The translations under genes were made by a program, and so were the position numbers. Source: Lama glama (taxonomy: Eukaryota). From it: 64,000 bases of DNA. The notes beneath the pieces are model-generated. The model saw only the letters and a program-made list of their open reading frames with translations, searched no databases and was not told the DNA's origin. Location: the NCBI GenBank assembly GCA_028534125.1, contig CM052816.1, positions 37,822,001 to 37,886,000 on the forward strand, in the 5' to 3' direction. Every line of letters starts with the position of its first letter. The first letter of the stretch is position 1. Of the stretch, positions 50,469 to 63,080 are shown piece by piece.

Positions 50469-51027
50469 TTACAGAACCTTAATATTCCCCTTAACTTCAC
50501 TAAATTTTAGACAAGTTTCTTCATGACTTTTGGCCCCTGACCTCTCTTTTCTTAGAACGTTTATTTTAGAAAACTTGTAAATTCTCTCTTTGACTCCTTT
50601 AGATGTAAATCTTTTTAAAGCTTCTTGCCAGGCTGACAATCCAGGAATGTCTTTCTCAAGCATCAGGAAGCCATCCTTTTGAAATATAATCATCAAGGAA
50701 GACAGAGCTCCTGTCTCCAAGTTTCTGTGGGAGGGTAAAAGCCTAACTTTGACTTGACCTTGCTGCAAGTTCTAAAACTAACTCCTGTCACGAAGATAGA
50801 AGAAAGTTTACTTTTCCTCTGAGAAGGCCAATCAGCAAACACAGGTGACCTCTGATTCCTCCCATTCCAGCTCTTAAAAATTAACAGTCCTTTTTTTTTT
50901 TTTAACTCCTTTTTTCAGTAGAGCTGTGCTCAGACTGAGTTCTAGACTTTTTCCCTTTCTGCAATAGTCCTGGAATATGCTTTTCATTGCCTGTTTAACT
51001 TTATCTGGTACAATTTTTGCTTTGAGA
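50469..51027 (+). mobile_element. MER67-like ERV1 solo LTR
   Basis: GGCCCCTGACCTC..TTTCTTAGA, CCAGGAATGTCTTTCTCAAG, TTTCTGTGGGAGGGTA, CCAATCAGCAAACACAG; ends CAATTTTTGCTTTGAGA. Confidence 0.85.
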
Positions 51028-51971
51028 CTCTCATTCCCCAACCCCCTACTTTTTCTAATGTTATTTATGGTACACTATACTAAAGGCATACATTATCAGC
51101 AGAGAATGGGAAGAAGTTAGATGATGTGAACAGGAAAGCTCAAATCACAGGGAAAGTTGATTGGGGAGGGAGAAAGTGGTACCTGCTTCTGAGTTATACT
51201 TCCTCTAAAGGTGCCCTAAATAATTCACTAAGACAATTTTCTATGATCTGTTATGCTAGCTTTCAAAGATTATTTACTTCTGTTGTCTTTATTCCTCCCT
51301 AAGGATTATGCGTACTGAGTCCCAGAGTTCTCCCTCCACAAGGTGAATGCAAGTTCTCAAGTGTGGGTAAACTGTTCAGCATTTTTCAAGGGATGAAGAT
51401 TATTAAAAAGATAGTAATTACAAGACACATAGATATTGTAGTGAAATTCAGAGGCTACAGCCACGTAGTCTCTTTCTATCTTTCTCTCTTCTCTCCCCAA
51501 TTTCTATTAATTGGCAAACACATTTTCTTAGACTTCCTGTTCTTATTCTGTTTCCTCTGTAATGGAGAAGGCTTTTGTTTTTATAGTGCCTATAACTTTT
51601 AAACTAGAACAGAAAAAAACCTCCTTAGACCCCCTGGACTAGAAAGAAAAAGCAGGCCTTCATACCGTTCTGACCAAAGAGAACAAATAAAGTTTGGAGA
51701 CTTCTAGTAAGGTAATAAAAATCACGATTTTGATCACTTTTGACTTTCCCAAGTTTATATTTCTTCACCAACATGGATTTTTTCATAGCTTTTTACTGGA
51801 AAGCAAATACTTCCAAAAACAACACACACACACATCATGACAACAATTAATAAATGTAATGAAAACCACTTTGAGGCAGATCCTGAAACATCCATTATTT
51901 AATATAGTTACATTGAATCAGGAATCAAAAAACTAGATGACTATCCTTAGTGTTATGTTTAGATTCCTTTA

Positions 51972-53105
51972 CAATATCACTGATGAACATAGATGCAAAA
52001 ATGCTCAACAAAACAGTTGCAAACCAAATTCAACATTCAAGTATCATACACCATCATCCAGTGGGATTTACCCCAGTCATGCAAAGATGTTTCAGTATTC
52101 ACAAATCAATGTGACACAACATTTATAAGCTAAAAAGTAATCATACAATCATCTCAATGGACGTAGAAAAAGCTTTTGACAAAATTTAACATTTATAATA
52201 AAAACTCACAATAAAGTGGGTACAGAGGGAACATAACTCAATGTAATAAAGGTCATGTACGGTAAACCTGCAGCTAATATCATACTCAAGGGTGAAACGC
52301 TGAAAGCATTTCTTCTAAGGTCAGGAACAAGACAAGGATGTCCACTCTCTTGTTTCTTCAACATAGTATTAGAAGTTTTAGACACAAAACTAAGACATGA
52401 AAAAGAAATAAGAGGAATCCAAATTTGAAAGGAAAAAGTAAAACTGTCAATGTTCACAGATGACATGATACACAGAAAGTCCTAACAATGCCACCAAAAA
52501 AATACTGGAACTCATCAGTTCAGAAAAGCTGCAGCATAAAAACTTACCATACAGAAAATGAGTCACAGGTATGAAATGTAGAGTGTGGGGAATATAGTTA
52601 ATAATGATGAAATATCTTTTTATAATGACACATAATAAGCAGACACTGTGGTGATTATTTTAAAATGTATAGAAATATTAAATCACTATGTTGTGTACCA
52701 ATCAATCATACTTCAAAAACTAACAAACTTACAGAAAAAAAGATCAGATTTATGGCTACTAGAGACAGAAAGTAGAGAAGGGAGAATTGAATGAAGATAG
52801 TCAAAAGGTGCAAACTCTCAGGTGCAATATAGACAAGTACTCGGGATACACTGTACAACTTGATAAATATAAATAACTCTGCTTGCTGTTTGTTACATCT
52901 GAAAGTTAAGAGAGTAAATTGTAAGAGTTCTCATCACAGGGAAAAATACTTTTTTTAATTCTTTAGTTTTATGTCTATGTAACATGGTGCTCACTAAATT
53001 CACTTTCATAATAATTTCATGATGTAAGTCAAATCATTATGCTGTACACCTTAAACTTATATAGTGCTGTATGTCAATGATATTTTAATTAGCCTACAAG
53101 AAGAA
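51972..53105 (+). mobile_element. 5'-truncated L1 (same 3'UTR type as 31615-34535) with a ~1.8-kb internal deletion
   Basis: RT-region ORF2 (GATGAACATAGATGCAAAA, TTCACAGATGACATGATA) joins directly to 3'UTR AATGAGTCAC at ~52555. Confidence 0.88.
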
Positions 53106-53269
53106 AATCACAAAAAAGAATATACTGAAAAAAAGATACATAAAATAATCTAAAAACACTTTTACAAAAGAATACTTAATAGAGATTTGCATTTCTACGT
53201 GTCAGATATGCAATTAAAACTTAACTAAAGCATTTCTTATCACCCTCTGATTTTTTACAGGAAGATGAA

Positions 53270-54520
53270 TGTAAAAGAATGTGCACAGACATGAGATAAA
53301 TGAAATTCCTACAGATTTAGTAGCTGAGTATCAGATCATTTCAAATTGGACTAAAGAAGATGGGTCATTTTAATACACAGGGTTCAGCCTTCTGGCTCAT
53401 GACAGATGTACAAACAAAAAAATACAGGTAGATGCCTACTTCACTCTTTATACAATATGAACTGCTTGGTGGATAATAATTCAAAAGTTAAAAATAAAAC
53501 CATAAAAGTGTTACAAGAAAACATCGGAGAACCTAATTATAAATACATATATAAAATACATACATACACACTGTATATAATATATACATATATGTGTATA
53601 TTTGTATATATACTATATAGATACATATACTTGTATATATGTATGTATGTGCATATGTATGTGTATATACTATATACATATTAGGAATAGGGAAACAAGT
53701 CTAAAATTTGAAATGATAAAACAAAATAAGTAAATGAGTTAAAAATATGAGAAGTGGGAATTTTCTTAGTAGAAACAAATCTTATAAAAATATGCAAGGA
53801 AGTGACAACAGGGGAATATTTCAGTCATCTATTTCAAATAAAGACATACTTTCTCAGATCAGGAAATAAAATACTAAACATTCAATGGTGAAATGGACAA
53901 GAACATGTAGCTCATAGAAAAGTAAAAGGTTATGGATTAAAAACACAAAAACTTTTCAAACACACACACACAATTAAAATGTAACACCAAGAGACAGAGT
54001 TTTCACCAATCAAAGTTAACACATAAGTTTAGTGATATACAATGTCACTAATTTTACAGAGAAACAGTTATTCAAAAAGTGGTGATAAAATAAGTATCTA
54101 CAGTTAAAATGCACATAAACTTTGCTGATTTATTCAACAGATATGCTAATGTGTCTCTACAAAAAATGTAAGACGAGAAGTGATCATTACCACAGTTATG
54201 TTATTGCAAAATGTGAAACTAAAATCTATCTACCAATAGGTATCTGTTAAGTCATCCATGACACCCTAATATTAGACAAAATACTACATAAATGTTTTTA
54301 CTACTTTTGACTAGTAAGGTGGAACAACATTAAGGATATGAATAAACTGCAAGATACAGATATTTTAAAAGCAAAGAGTGGAAGAGAGTAACTTTCACTT
54401 TCATATGCACTCTTTATGTACAAAATGTAAACAAATGCATGTTAGTTTTCATATATGAAGAATACTTATGAAAGAGTATTTATGTAAGTATATTTAAAAC
54501 AAACTATTATCAGTATTTAT
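53270..54520 (+). mobile_element. Old L1ME ORF2 end/3'UTR, highly diverged, with internal (TA)/(TG) repeat at ~53540-53680
   Basis: AAAACCATAAAAGTGTTACAAGAAAACAT, TGGACAAG, TTTTCACCAATCA and TTAAAATGCACATA. Confidence 0.6.
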
Positions 54521-55094
54521 TTTGGGGAAAATGGTACCAAGAATCTAAATTAAGAAGGTGAATGTTGGAGCTAGAATATCCCAAACCCTTGCTTTTATTA
54601 TCAATTTCATCACTTCTATTCTAGATAAAATTTTAATATTTTTCTAGTGAATTTTTATTTGTTTAATTTATATGTGAAACAGCACTGCATTATTTATATT
54701 GGAGTTATATATTTTTAAAATACAGTTTGAAAACTTGTATTATAGAAGTATTTTAAAGTAATTGAGTTTTTTGCAAGATTCATCCTTCAGTGAATTTTTC
54801 CCTGTGGACTGTTAGCAATAGGTGATTGCACACAGTAAAATTTATCACAGTGATTTTCTACATGGACTAGAAATACAATCTAACATAATCAAAAGAGTGT
54901 TGAAGAGATATAAATTACTGGTGGTGAGGTGAGATCAGCGATGAGAAGGTCTAGTTGTTGACCTTCTCTTATGAAAGGCTCTGCTCTAGCACTGGGTATG
55001 AGTAAAGTACAGACAGCTAAGGTCTTGGACTTGACTCTAAAATCTAGATAGAGGGAATAAAATGCACCATAAAGCAAATAATATAATTTTATAT

Positions 55095-55980
55095 TTGATA
55101 ACAGTGCTTAGCAGTAAACTAGGGGAGGAGTTGTTTCGGATATGATACACAGAAAATAATTCTTTGAGGAGATGACATTTCAACCAAAGCTATAATGAAG
55201 TGAGAATGAGCTAAACAAAGTATGAGTAAACATATTCCAGATGGAATTTGAAATGGCATATTTAAAGTGCAGCCATAAAACCAGGGTGTCTACTGGGGAG
55301 TGAGCTAAGTTAAGAGTTGAAAAGGTTAAGCCAGAAAACTAAACAAAGAGCAGATTCTATAAAGCCTTGTCGATCACTGGATAGTAGTGAGAACAGAAAA
55401 GACAAAATGCAGTTTATGTCTTACTTCACCTGCTCTACGTGTATGGGTTTGGAGTGTCCTGGCAAGAGTGTGGGAGCATGGGGACAAGACTATTGCTGCA
55501 GTCTTAGCTAAAGAAGATGGTTGCTAGCTTGGGCTATGAAAGTGGTGGTGGATTTACTGATAAGTTGTTCGAGTCTGATTTTAGAACTTGAGCTAGTAGG
55601 GCTTGAAGGAGAATTTGACATGAAATATAGGCAGAGAGAGGGATCCACCATGAGTATTATTATACTTTGTGGCTGAGAACTGTGTAAATGGTGGTGTCCT
55701 TCATTAAGGTGGGGAATTCTGTGTGAGAAGTAGGTTTGCAAGTGTGTTCACAAAGTAAGATTCTGTTTTTAAATATGTGTAATTTGAGATACTTGCTGGT
55801 CAAGGTGTTGAAAAGTCAGTTCAATACAAGTTTGGCGCTCATAGGAGGCATTCAGCTAGAGAGAGGAATTTTGGAGTAATCAGTGTACAGTTAGGATTAA
55901 AGGCCAGAAGTAGAGTTCACCTATAGAGAAATCACAGATGAAGAGGAAAAGAAGGCCAATATTTGATCCTGGAACTTATA
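55095..55980 (-). mobile_element. L2 fragment
   Basis: TGAGGAGATGACATTT, AGACTATTGCTGCAGTC, TGGCTGAGAACTG..TAAATGGTGGTG and AATTTTGGAGTAATCAGTGTA. Confidence 0.7.
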
Positions 55981-56169
55981 TTAAAGATGGCAATTTAAAA
56001 ATTTTTGCTGGGTGGACGAATGAAGAATGTTGACAATTTAAATGCAGAGCTGAGGAGAGTAGCAAGCTTAAGTTCAGTGACTTTTCTTCAGCATAACTTG
56101 ATGTAAGTATTGGCCAGGAAGAACCTAGGCAATAGAAGGAAATGGGTTTTATAATTCTTTGATTATGAG

Positions 56170-56765
56170 AACAAGCTATATACAGTTGGAATTCTGGAAA
56201 TAAAGATAAGATATATTTTTTCCTTCCATATTTTACAGTGTATTGGGTGACACAGACACCCTGGGAAGATAGGCAGGACCTTCTAATTTATTCAGAGACT
56301 AAAATGACTTTCTCAAGTTGACTCCTGAGCTAAAACTTAAAATATGAGCAGGAGTCATACTGATGCAAAAAGTACTAAATAAGGAAGGAATTCTAGGCCC
56401 AAGAAATCATCTGAGTAAAAATAAAGATGAAAGAACCACAGAACATGCAGGCACTTCAAGTAGTTTTCCATTTTTAAAACATAAATGGGAGACATGCTAC
56501 AGTGTGAAGGAAGGCTGAAGGGTTAAGAAATTGCCAGGTTATGAGAGAAATCTAATTAGAAAATGTAGGAATATAAATGTCTGGTAGAAAAAAGTTTTGT
56601 TTTATTTTGGTTTGTTTTTTAACAAGTATGATTTGTGATTAAAGATCTCCTGGCTTTTTTGTAGAAAATAGGTTTGAAAGACCACAAGTCTGAAGTCACA
56701 GAGAGCAGTTCAAACTGTTGCAATAAACAAGGCAAAAAAATGTGATGGACACATGTAGTGGTTTG
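56170..56765 (-). mobile_element. Second L2 fragment
   Basis: TCCTGAGCTAAAACTTAAAATATGAGCAGGAG, GGAATTCTAGGC and AAAGATCTCCTGGCT. Confidence 0.55.
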
Positions 56766-56779
56766 CATAGGTCTTAATT

Positions 56780-57930
56780 ATAGGATTCAGTGAGTCTTGG
56801 CCAATACATACATCTGTATAGCTCAGATTCTCAAGTCATACATCATTTCTATTATCCAGAGATGCATCTGGTAACTAATACCAATTTAGCCCTTCACCAA
56901 ACATCCTGATGCAACCTTTGTTCAGATTTTTGTCATCATGAATTCATTTGGCCTATTGCTAAACTATATATAAATGGAATGAATCTGTACTCTTTTGAAA
57001 CAGGCTTCTTTACTTAACATAATGTCTTTGCAATCCATCCATGTTGCATGTATCAGTTTGTTCTTTGTATTCCTAAGTAGCAGCTTATATATTATGGAAT
57101 AATATACTATATATCATAATAACCTATGCAGTAATATAATGTATATATGTATGATCACTATTTGTTAGTTAATTTGCCTGTTGATGGAAATTTGAGATAT
57201 TTCTAACTAGGGGTTACTAATATTTAAGATGCTGTGGACTTTCTTGCAATAGTTTTGAGGATTTTTTTACTTCCCTTGGGTAAATACCTAGGAATGCAAT
57301 TACTATGTGAGAGGGTAAGTGTATAATTATAAGAGACGGCAAAACAAATTTGCAAAGTAGTTGTAATTCCACATTCTCACAAGTAAATTATAAAAATGTA
57401 ATTGCTTTATAATCTTACAACAATTATGTTTTGTGAGTCTTCTTAATTTTAGACATTTTAGAAGTCTAAAATGGTACTGTTTTAATTTGAATTTCTTCTG
57501 TAATTAATAATGTGGAATCCATGTTATAAGCTTATGATCATTCTAATGTCCAATTGTTTGAGTAGTACCTTAAGTGTTTTACCAACCTTTAATTTGTTGC
57601 TCTTGGTAGTTTTTAATTTGTTTTAATTTTTGTTCCTTTATTTATTGAGTTATAAAACTTTATATATTGCCACATGTATATATTTCAAATATTTCCTTCT
57701 ATTTTATGTCTTCTATATTCATTTTCTGAATTGAGCTTTCAGGAAATAATCTTAAGTCTATTTCACTTTTCTTTTTCCCTTTTACAGTTTATGCCTATCT
57801 AAAACACCTTTGCTTGGTGCAGGTCATGATGATATTCTCCTAGTTTTCTTCGAAAAGTTTTATACTTTCAGTCTTTGCCTTTAGGTCTATGATCCACCCC
57901 AAATTGGTTCCTGTACACTAAAAAGTAGGA
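56780..57930 (-). mobile_element. Old L1ME 3' end/ORF2
   Basis: TATATAAATGGAAT, CTGTTGATGGA, CCCTTGGGTAAATACCTAGGAATG and TTTAGGTCTATGATCC. Confidence 0.75.
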
Positions 57931-57962
57931 TTAAACATATATGTATATAATCATTTCATTAT

Positions 57963-58515
57963 ATTTTATTAACAAATAAAAATTATTTAGTCATCACAAA
58001 ATGTATACATATGAAAGTATAGTTTTAAAAAAATTCTGATATATAAAAGGCTGTACATAATATATACAAGGTGATGAGTTTGGAGTTAAGTATATACTGG
58101 TAAAATCATTACCAAAATCTATGTCATAAACATATCCATTACATCTAAAAGTTTACTCCTGTCCTTTTATTTATTATTATTACTATTATTATTATTATTA
58201 TTTTGTGGTAAGAACTCAAGAGAGCTGCCATTTAAGCAAATTTTTAAGTATACAATATGTTATTAAATGTAGGTACTATGCTGTACAGATATCTAGGATT
58301 TATTCATTTAATAAAACTGAAATTTTGTACTCTTTGGCTAATCCTGCCATATTTTCCCCTCCTCTAGTCATTGACAACCACTAGTCCACTTTGCACCTAT
58401 GAGTTTGACTGTTTCAGCTTCCACATATCAGTGGTATTATGCAGTATTTATCCTTCTGTGTCTGGCTTATTTCACTTAGCATAATGTCCTCCAGGTTCAT
58501 CCATGTTGCTGAAAA
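57963..58515 (-). mobile_element. L1MA9/10-type 3'UTR
   Basis: GTGGTAAGAAC, AGCAAATTTTTAAGTATACAAT, GGTACTATGCTGTACAGATATCTAG and GGCTTATTTCACTTAGCATAATGTCCTCCAGGTTCATCCATG. Confidence 0.8.
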
Positions 58516-58651
58516 ACATATTTTTTAATGTTGCTAAAAAATGTATTTTTTAAACAAAGGATAACCTACAGCTCCAGAACCATTTATTGAAAAAAAAAAA
58601 AATTCAGCTTTCCCACTGAAAAAGGTGAGGTCAAAAAAATCGATGGATTAA

Positions 58652-60646
58652 AGGAATAACCCTCCCAGATTTCAGATAACACTACAAAGTTACAGCATGG
58701 TATTGGTACAAAAAACTGACATATAGATCAATGGAACAGAACAGAGAGTCCAGAAATAAAATCACAAACTTTTGGTCAATTAATCTTTGACAAAGGAGGC
58801 AAGAACATACAATGGAGTAAAGACAGTCTCTTCAGCAAATGGTGTTGGGTAAACTGGACAGCTGCATGTAAATCAATGAAGCTACAATACTCCCTCACAT
58901 CATACACATAAATAAACTTAAAATGGCTTAAAGACTTAAACATAAGACAAGACACTATAAACCTCTTAGAAGAAAACATAGGCTAAACATTATCCAACAT
59001 AAATCTCAGCGATCTTCTTCTAGGGCAATCAACCCAAGCAANNNNNNNNNNNNNNNNNNNNNNNNNNNNNNNNNNNNNNNNNNNNNNNNNNNNNNNNNNN
59101 NNNNNNNNNNNNNNNNNNNNNNNNNNNNNNNNNNNNNNNNNNNNNNNNNNNNNNNNNNNNNNNNNNNNNNNNNNNNNNNNNNNNNNNNNNNNNNNNNNNN
59201 NNNNNNNNNNNNNNNNNNNNNNNNNNNNNNNNNNNNNNNNNNNNNNNNNNNNNNNNNNNNNNNNNNNNNNNNNNNNNNNNNNNNNNNNNNNNNNNNNNNN
59301 NNNNNNNNNNNNNNNNNNNNNNNNNNNNNNNNNNNNNNNNNNNNNNNNNNNNNNNNNNNNNNNNNNNNNNNNNNNNNNNNNNNNNNNNNNNNNNNNNNNN
59401 NNNNNNNNNNNNNNNNNNNNNNNNNNNNNNNNNNNNNNNNNNNNNNNNNNNNNNNNNNNNNNNNNNNNNNNNNNNNNNNNNNNNNNNNNNNNNNNNNNNN
59501 NNNNNNNNNNNNNNNNNNNNNNNNNNNNNNNNNNNNNNNNNAACATAAGACAAGACACTATAAACCTCTTAGAAGAAAACATAGGCTAAACATTATCCAA
59601 CATAAATCTCAGCGATCTTCTTCTAGGGCAATCAACCCAAGCAACAGAAATAAAAGCAAAAATAAACAAATGGGACCTAATTAAACTTACAAGCTTTTGC
59701 ACAGCAAAAGAAACCATAAGCAAAACAAAAAGACAACCTACAGAATGTAATAAAATATTTGCAAAAGATGAGACTGACCAGGGCTTAATTTCCAGAATAT
59801 ATAAATAGCTCATACAACTTAATAACAAAAAAACAAACAACCCAATTCAAAAATGGGCAGAAGACCTAAACAAGCAATTCTCCAATGAAGACATACAATT
59901 GGCCAATAGGCACATGAAAAAATGTTCAATATCGCTAATTATCAGACAAATGCAAATCAAAACTACAATGAAGTAGACCTCACACCAGTCAGAATGGCCA
60001 GCATTCAAAAGTCCACAAATGATAAATGCTGCAGAGGCTGTGGCAGAAAGGGAACCCTTCTGCACTGTTGGTGGGAATGTAGTTTGGTAAAGCCATTATG
60101 AAAAACAGTATGGAGATTCCTCAAAAGACTAAAGATAGACTTACCATATGACCCAGCAATCCCATTCCTGAGCATATATACAGAGGAAACTTTAATCCAA
60201 AAGGATACATGCACCCCAGTGTTCATAGAAGCACTATATACAATAGCCATGATATGGAAACAACCTAAATGTCCATGGATGGATGACTGATAAGGAAGTT
60301 GTGATATATTTAGACAATGGAATACTACTCAAGTCATTAAAAAGAATAAAATAATGCTATTTGCAGTAACATAGATGGACCTGGAGACTGTCATTCTAAG
60401 TGAAGTAAGCCAGAAAGAGAAAGAAAAATACCGTATGATATCACTTGTATGTAGAATCTAATAAAAAAAAAGACAAATGAACTTATTTATAAAACACTAT
60501 ACTATATTCAATATCTTGTAGCAACCCATAATGAAAAAGAATATGAAAAGGAACATATGTATGTACATGTATGACTGAAACATTACGCTGTACACCAGAA
60601 ATGGACACAACATTGTAAACTGACTATACTTCAATTAAAAAAAAAA
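58652..60646 (+). mobile_element. Young cetartiodactyl/camelid-type L1, 5'-truncated, spanning the assembly gap
   Basis: Well-preserved ORF2 C-terminus; 3' end GACACAACATTGTAAACTGACTATACTTCAATTAAAAAAAAAA; shortened 3'UTR. Confidence 0.92.
59042..59541. other. 500-N assembly gap with overlapping flanks
   Basis: Exactly 500 N; 58939-59041 is identical to 59542-59644. Confidence 0.98.
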
Positions 60647-62577
60647 TCTCTCCTTCGTTTAAAAAAGTAGAATTGACAGTTATGTTTCCCACTAACTGTC
60701 CATGGTGGATAACTAAAGTGGTAAATGCTTATAAATCACTTGGAGGCCTTTGCCACCTTTATGGAACAGGGCTCAAACTGGCTCTACAAAGGTTCCTCTC
60801 CCATTGCATAGGCTAAAAGACTCCACCTGGAATTCAGGAGCAGACCATAAGAGTCTGCCCTGGGAGTGTCACCCACAGTGCCATCACACATATCACCCAT
60901 GTGATACAGCTCTTTGCTCAACACTGGGTTAGGACAGCACATCCAGTGGAGGTTTCTTCTACAATACCAGATCATTTCTTTAAAAATACAAAGTTGTAAC
61001 TTTGAATTTCTAAGACTAAAATGATGTTGTACTCCCCATTTCCCACAATCTGAGTGTTACCGACCCTATATCCTGTTCTCAACTTCTGTCTCTGTTAGGC
61101 TTACACTTTGTTCTCAGGCTATCTTCAATTCTATCTTAAAATTTCAGGTATGGCTCATAATAACTTCTCATCATAAGTTAAAAAATCTTATTCTGCACTT
61201 AGAACATTTCTATCAAAATGTACAAAGAACTTATCAATCAGCATTTATCTAATAAGCCTTAAAGACGTTGATTACTAAGCACCTGTGTACCAAGTGCTAT
61301 AATGTGTATGAGAGATAAAACAGTGAAGAGAACACAAGCCACAATCTCATGATTACATAGCGGTAATGGAGTGAAATGCTTCAAAATTAAGTCAATTACC
61401 ATGCATGTGATATTCCATGAAAATTGAGAATCACTGAGCTAACTAATCTGATAACTATCTAGTTTTTGATGTCTTCATTCAGTGAAGTATATTCAAAACC
61501 TATCTGGATAGTTTAGTGTAATGTATGTTCAAATACTGAATTAAATTGAGAAATCCTGCTTTTATTGCCCCAAATATAAATTCTTAAAGGAAAGTAGTTA
61601 ATCAGTGTATTTACTAAGACTAAAATGTTCATACAAGTTTTTTCCCCAAAGCTAAAAGTAAATTTCACTGTGATTTTTACAGAGGCAGAGCCACTTCTGA
61701 TGGAGCAATTCTGGTATCAGATGTGTAACAAGAAGACACATTTATAAAGTATCACAGCAAAATCATTTTTTTTAGGTAGTTAATGGGAAAAAAGTTTCCT
61801 ATCATAAAAATAATGTCTGAAGTAAACTGTAAAGAAATGATATTAAAAGCTATAAATTCAGTGAAAAAAACTATAAGCCAGAAATTTTTAAATCTCCATG
61901 GCAAAATAAAACAGAAATGATAGTTTTGTGAGGTTTTCTGAATTTTCAAAAAGGTATTTTAAAACTATAGTTTTAATAGAAGACAGTTTATTTTAGAGTA
62001 TCTTTAAATATGTTTTCTAATGCACTGAAACTTTGAATAGCATTTAGAGTATACCATCTTCTCATCTCAGCTGCTCGCCATGCATCCTGCCTGAATTCTC
62101 ACTACGACTTGGCAGTTACACACTGACCGCAAGTTCAGATTTATGAGGGGGCAACCATCCAGCTCTGTTTGTTTGCCTTTGGTTCGGCAGTCTGTTCCTG
62201 TGGTGATTTCCACATGGCATACATGCAAGAAGGTCACAGTCATCTTGGTCCAGGGATTTAGAATCTAAATTACTTATTAGAAAAAACAAATCCACGGTCT
62301 TTAGAGGAATACCAGACATAGCATTTTTTGGAAGGTGTTGTCCTAAAATAATCACACTCTTCCTCTGAGGCAAACAGAAGGCTTTAGTCATTGTGGTAAT
62401 TATACACACACACAAAACAGAAGCTTTCCTATAGGTGTCACTGCTGTGAGTATACAATAAAAATCTAGCTATACAGAAAGACCCTATACTTCAAAATATA
62501 TTTTAAAATATGGGAATGCTAAGATTACAGGCAAATTAAATTAACTGCATTATTAGTATGAAGAAGCAACATGTGTA

Positions 62578-62626
62578 TTCATATATATATGTGTATATGT
62601 ATATGTGTGTGTGTGTGTGTGTGTGT
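62578..62626. repeat. (TA)/(TG)n microsatellite
   Basis: Read directly. Confidence 0.9.
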
Positions 62627-62955
62627 ATTATTTTAGACTGAAACTTGAATGTATTCAATATAAAGAAAAGGGGCAGTTGTAGATGACTTGAGATGGAAGG
62701 CTCATCCATAGCATCTGAACCATCTGCCAGCCATTCCGTATCTCTGGGTTGCCAGTTGTATTTGGGACTTGCCAAGGAGCCAGATGCTCTTATGGCTTTC
62801 CATTGTATAGTAACTGCTCTCCAAAGAACAAAAATAGTAAAAATACAAGAATAATGTTATTCCTTCTATGTATTTTAAATATTTTTGTTTTCTGTGTTTT
62901 TTATTCTGATATTAAATGAAAATCAATACTTGAATACAAACTACTTTTTAGACAT

Positions 62956-63080
62956 TAACTTATAATGGAAAAGAGTCTGAAAAAGAATAGATAGATGTAT
63001 ATAGATTTGTATAACTGAGCCATGTTGCTGTACATCTGAAACCAACACAACATTGTAAATCAACGTTACTTCAATACAGA
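62956..63080 (+). mobile_element. Very short L1 3' tail (cetartiodactyl type)
   Basis: TATAATGGAAAAGAGTCTGAAAAAGAATA...GCTGTACATCTGAAACCAACACAACATTGTAAATCAAC..TACTTCAATA. Confidence 0.8.

Noticed and set aside
58983..59582. Longest ORFs in the track (199 and 174 aa)
   Set aside because: Artefacts of translating through the N gap on the antisense strand of L1.
45255..60956. Shared 14-mer CCAGTGGAGGTTTC at ~45255 and ~60943
   Set aside because: Several 14-mer matches are expected by chance in 64 kb, and the flanks do not extend.
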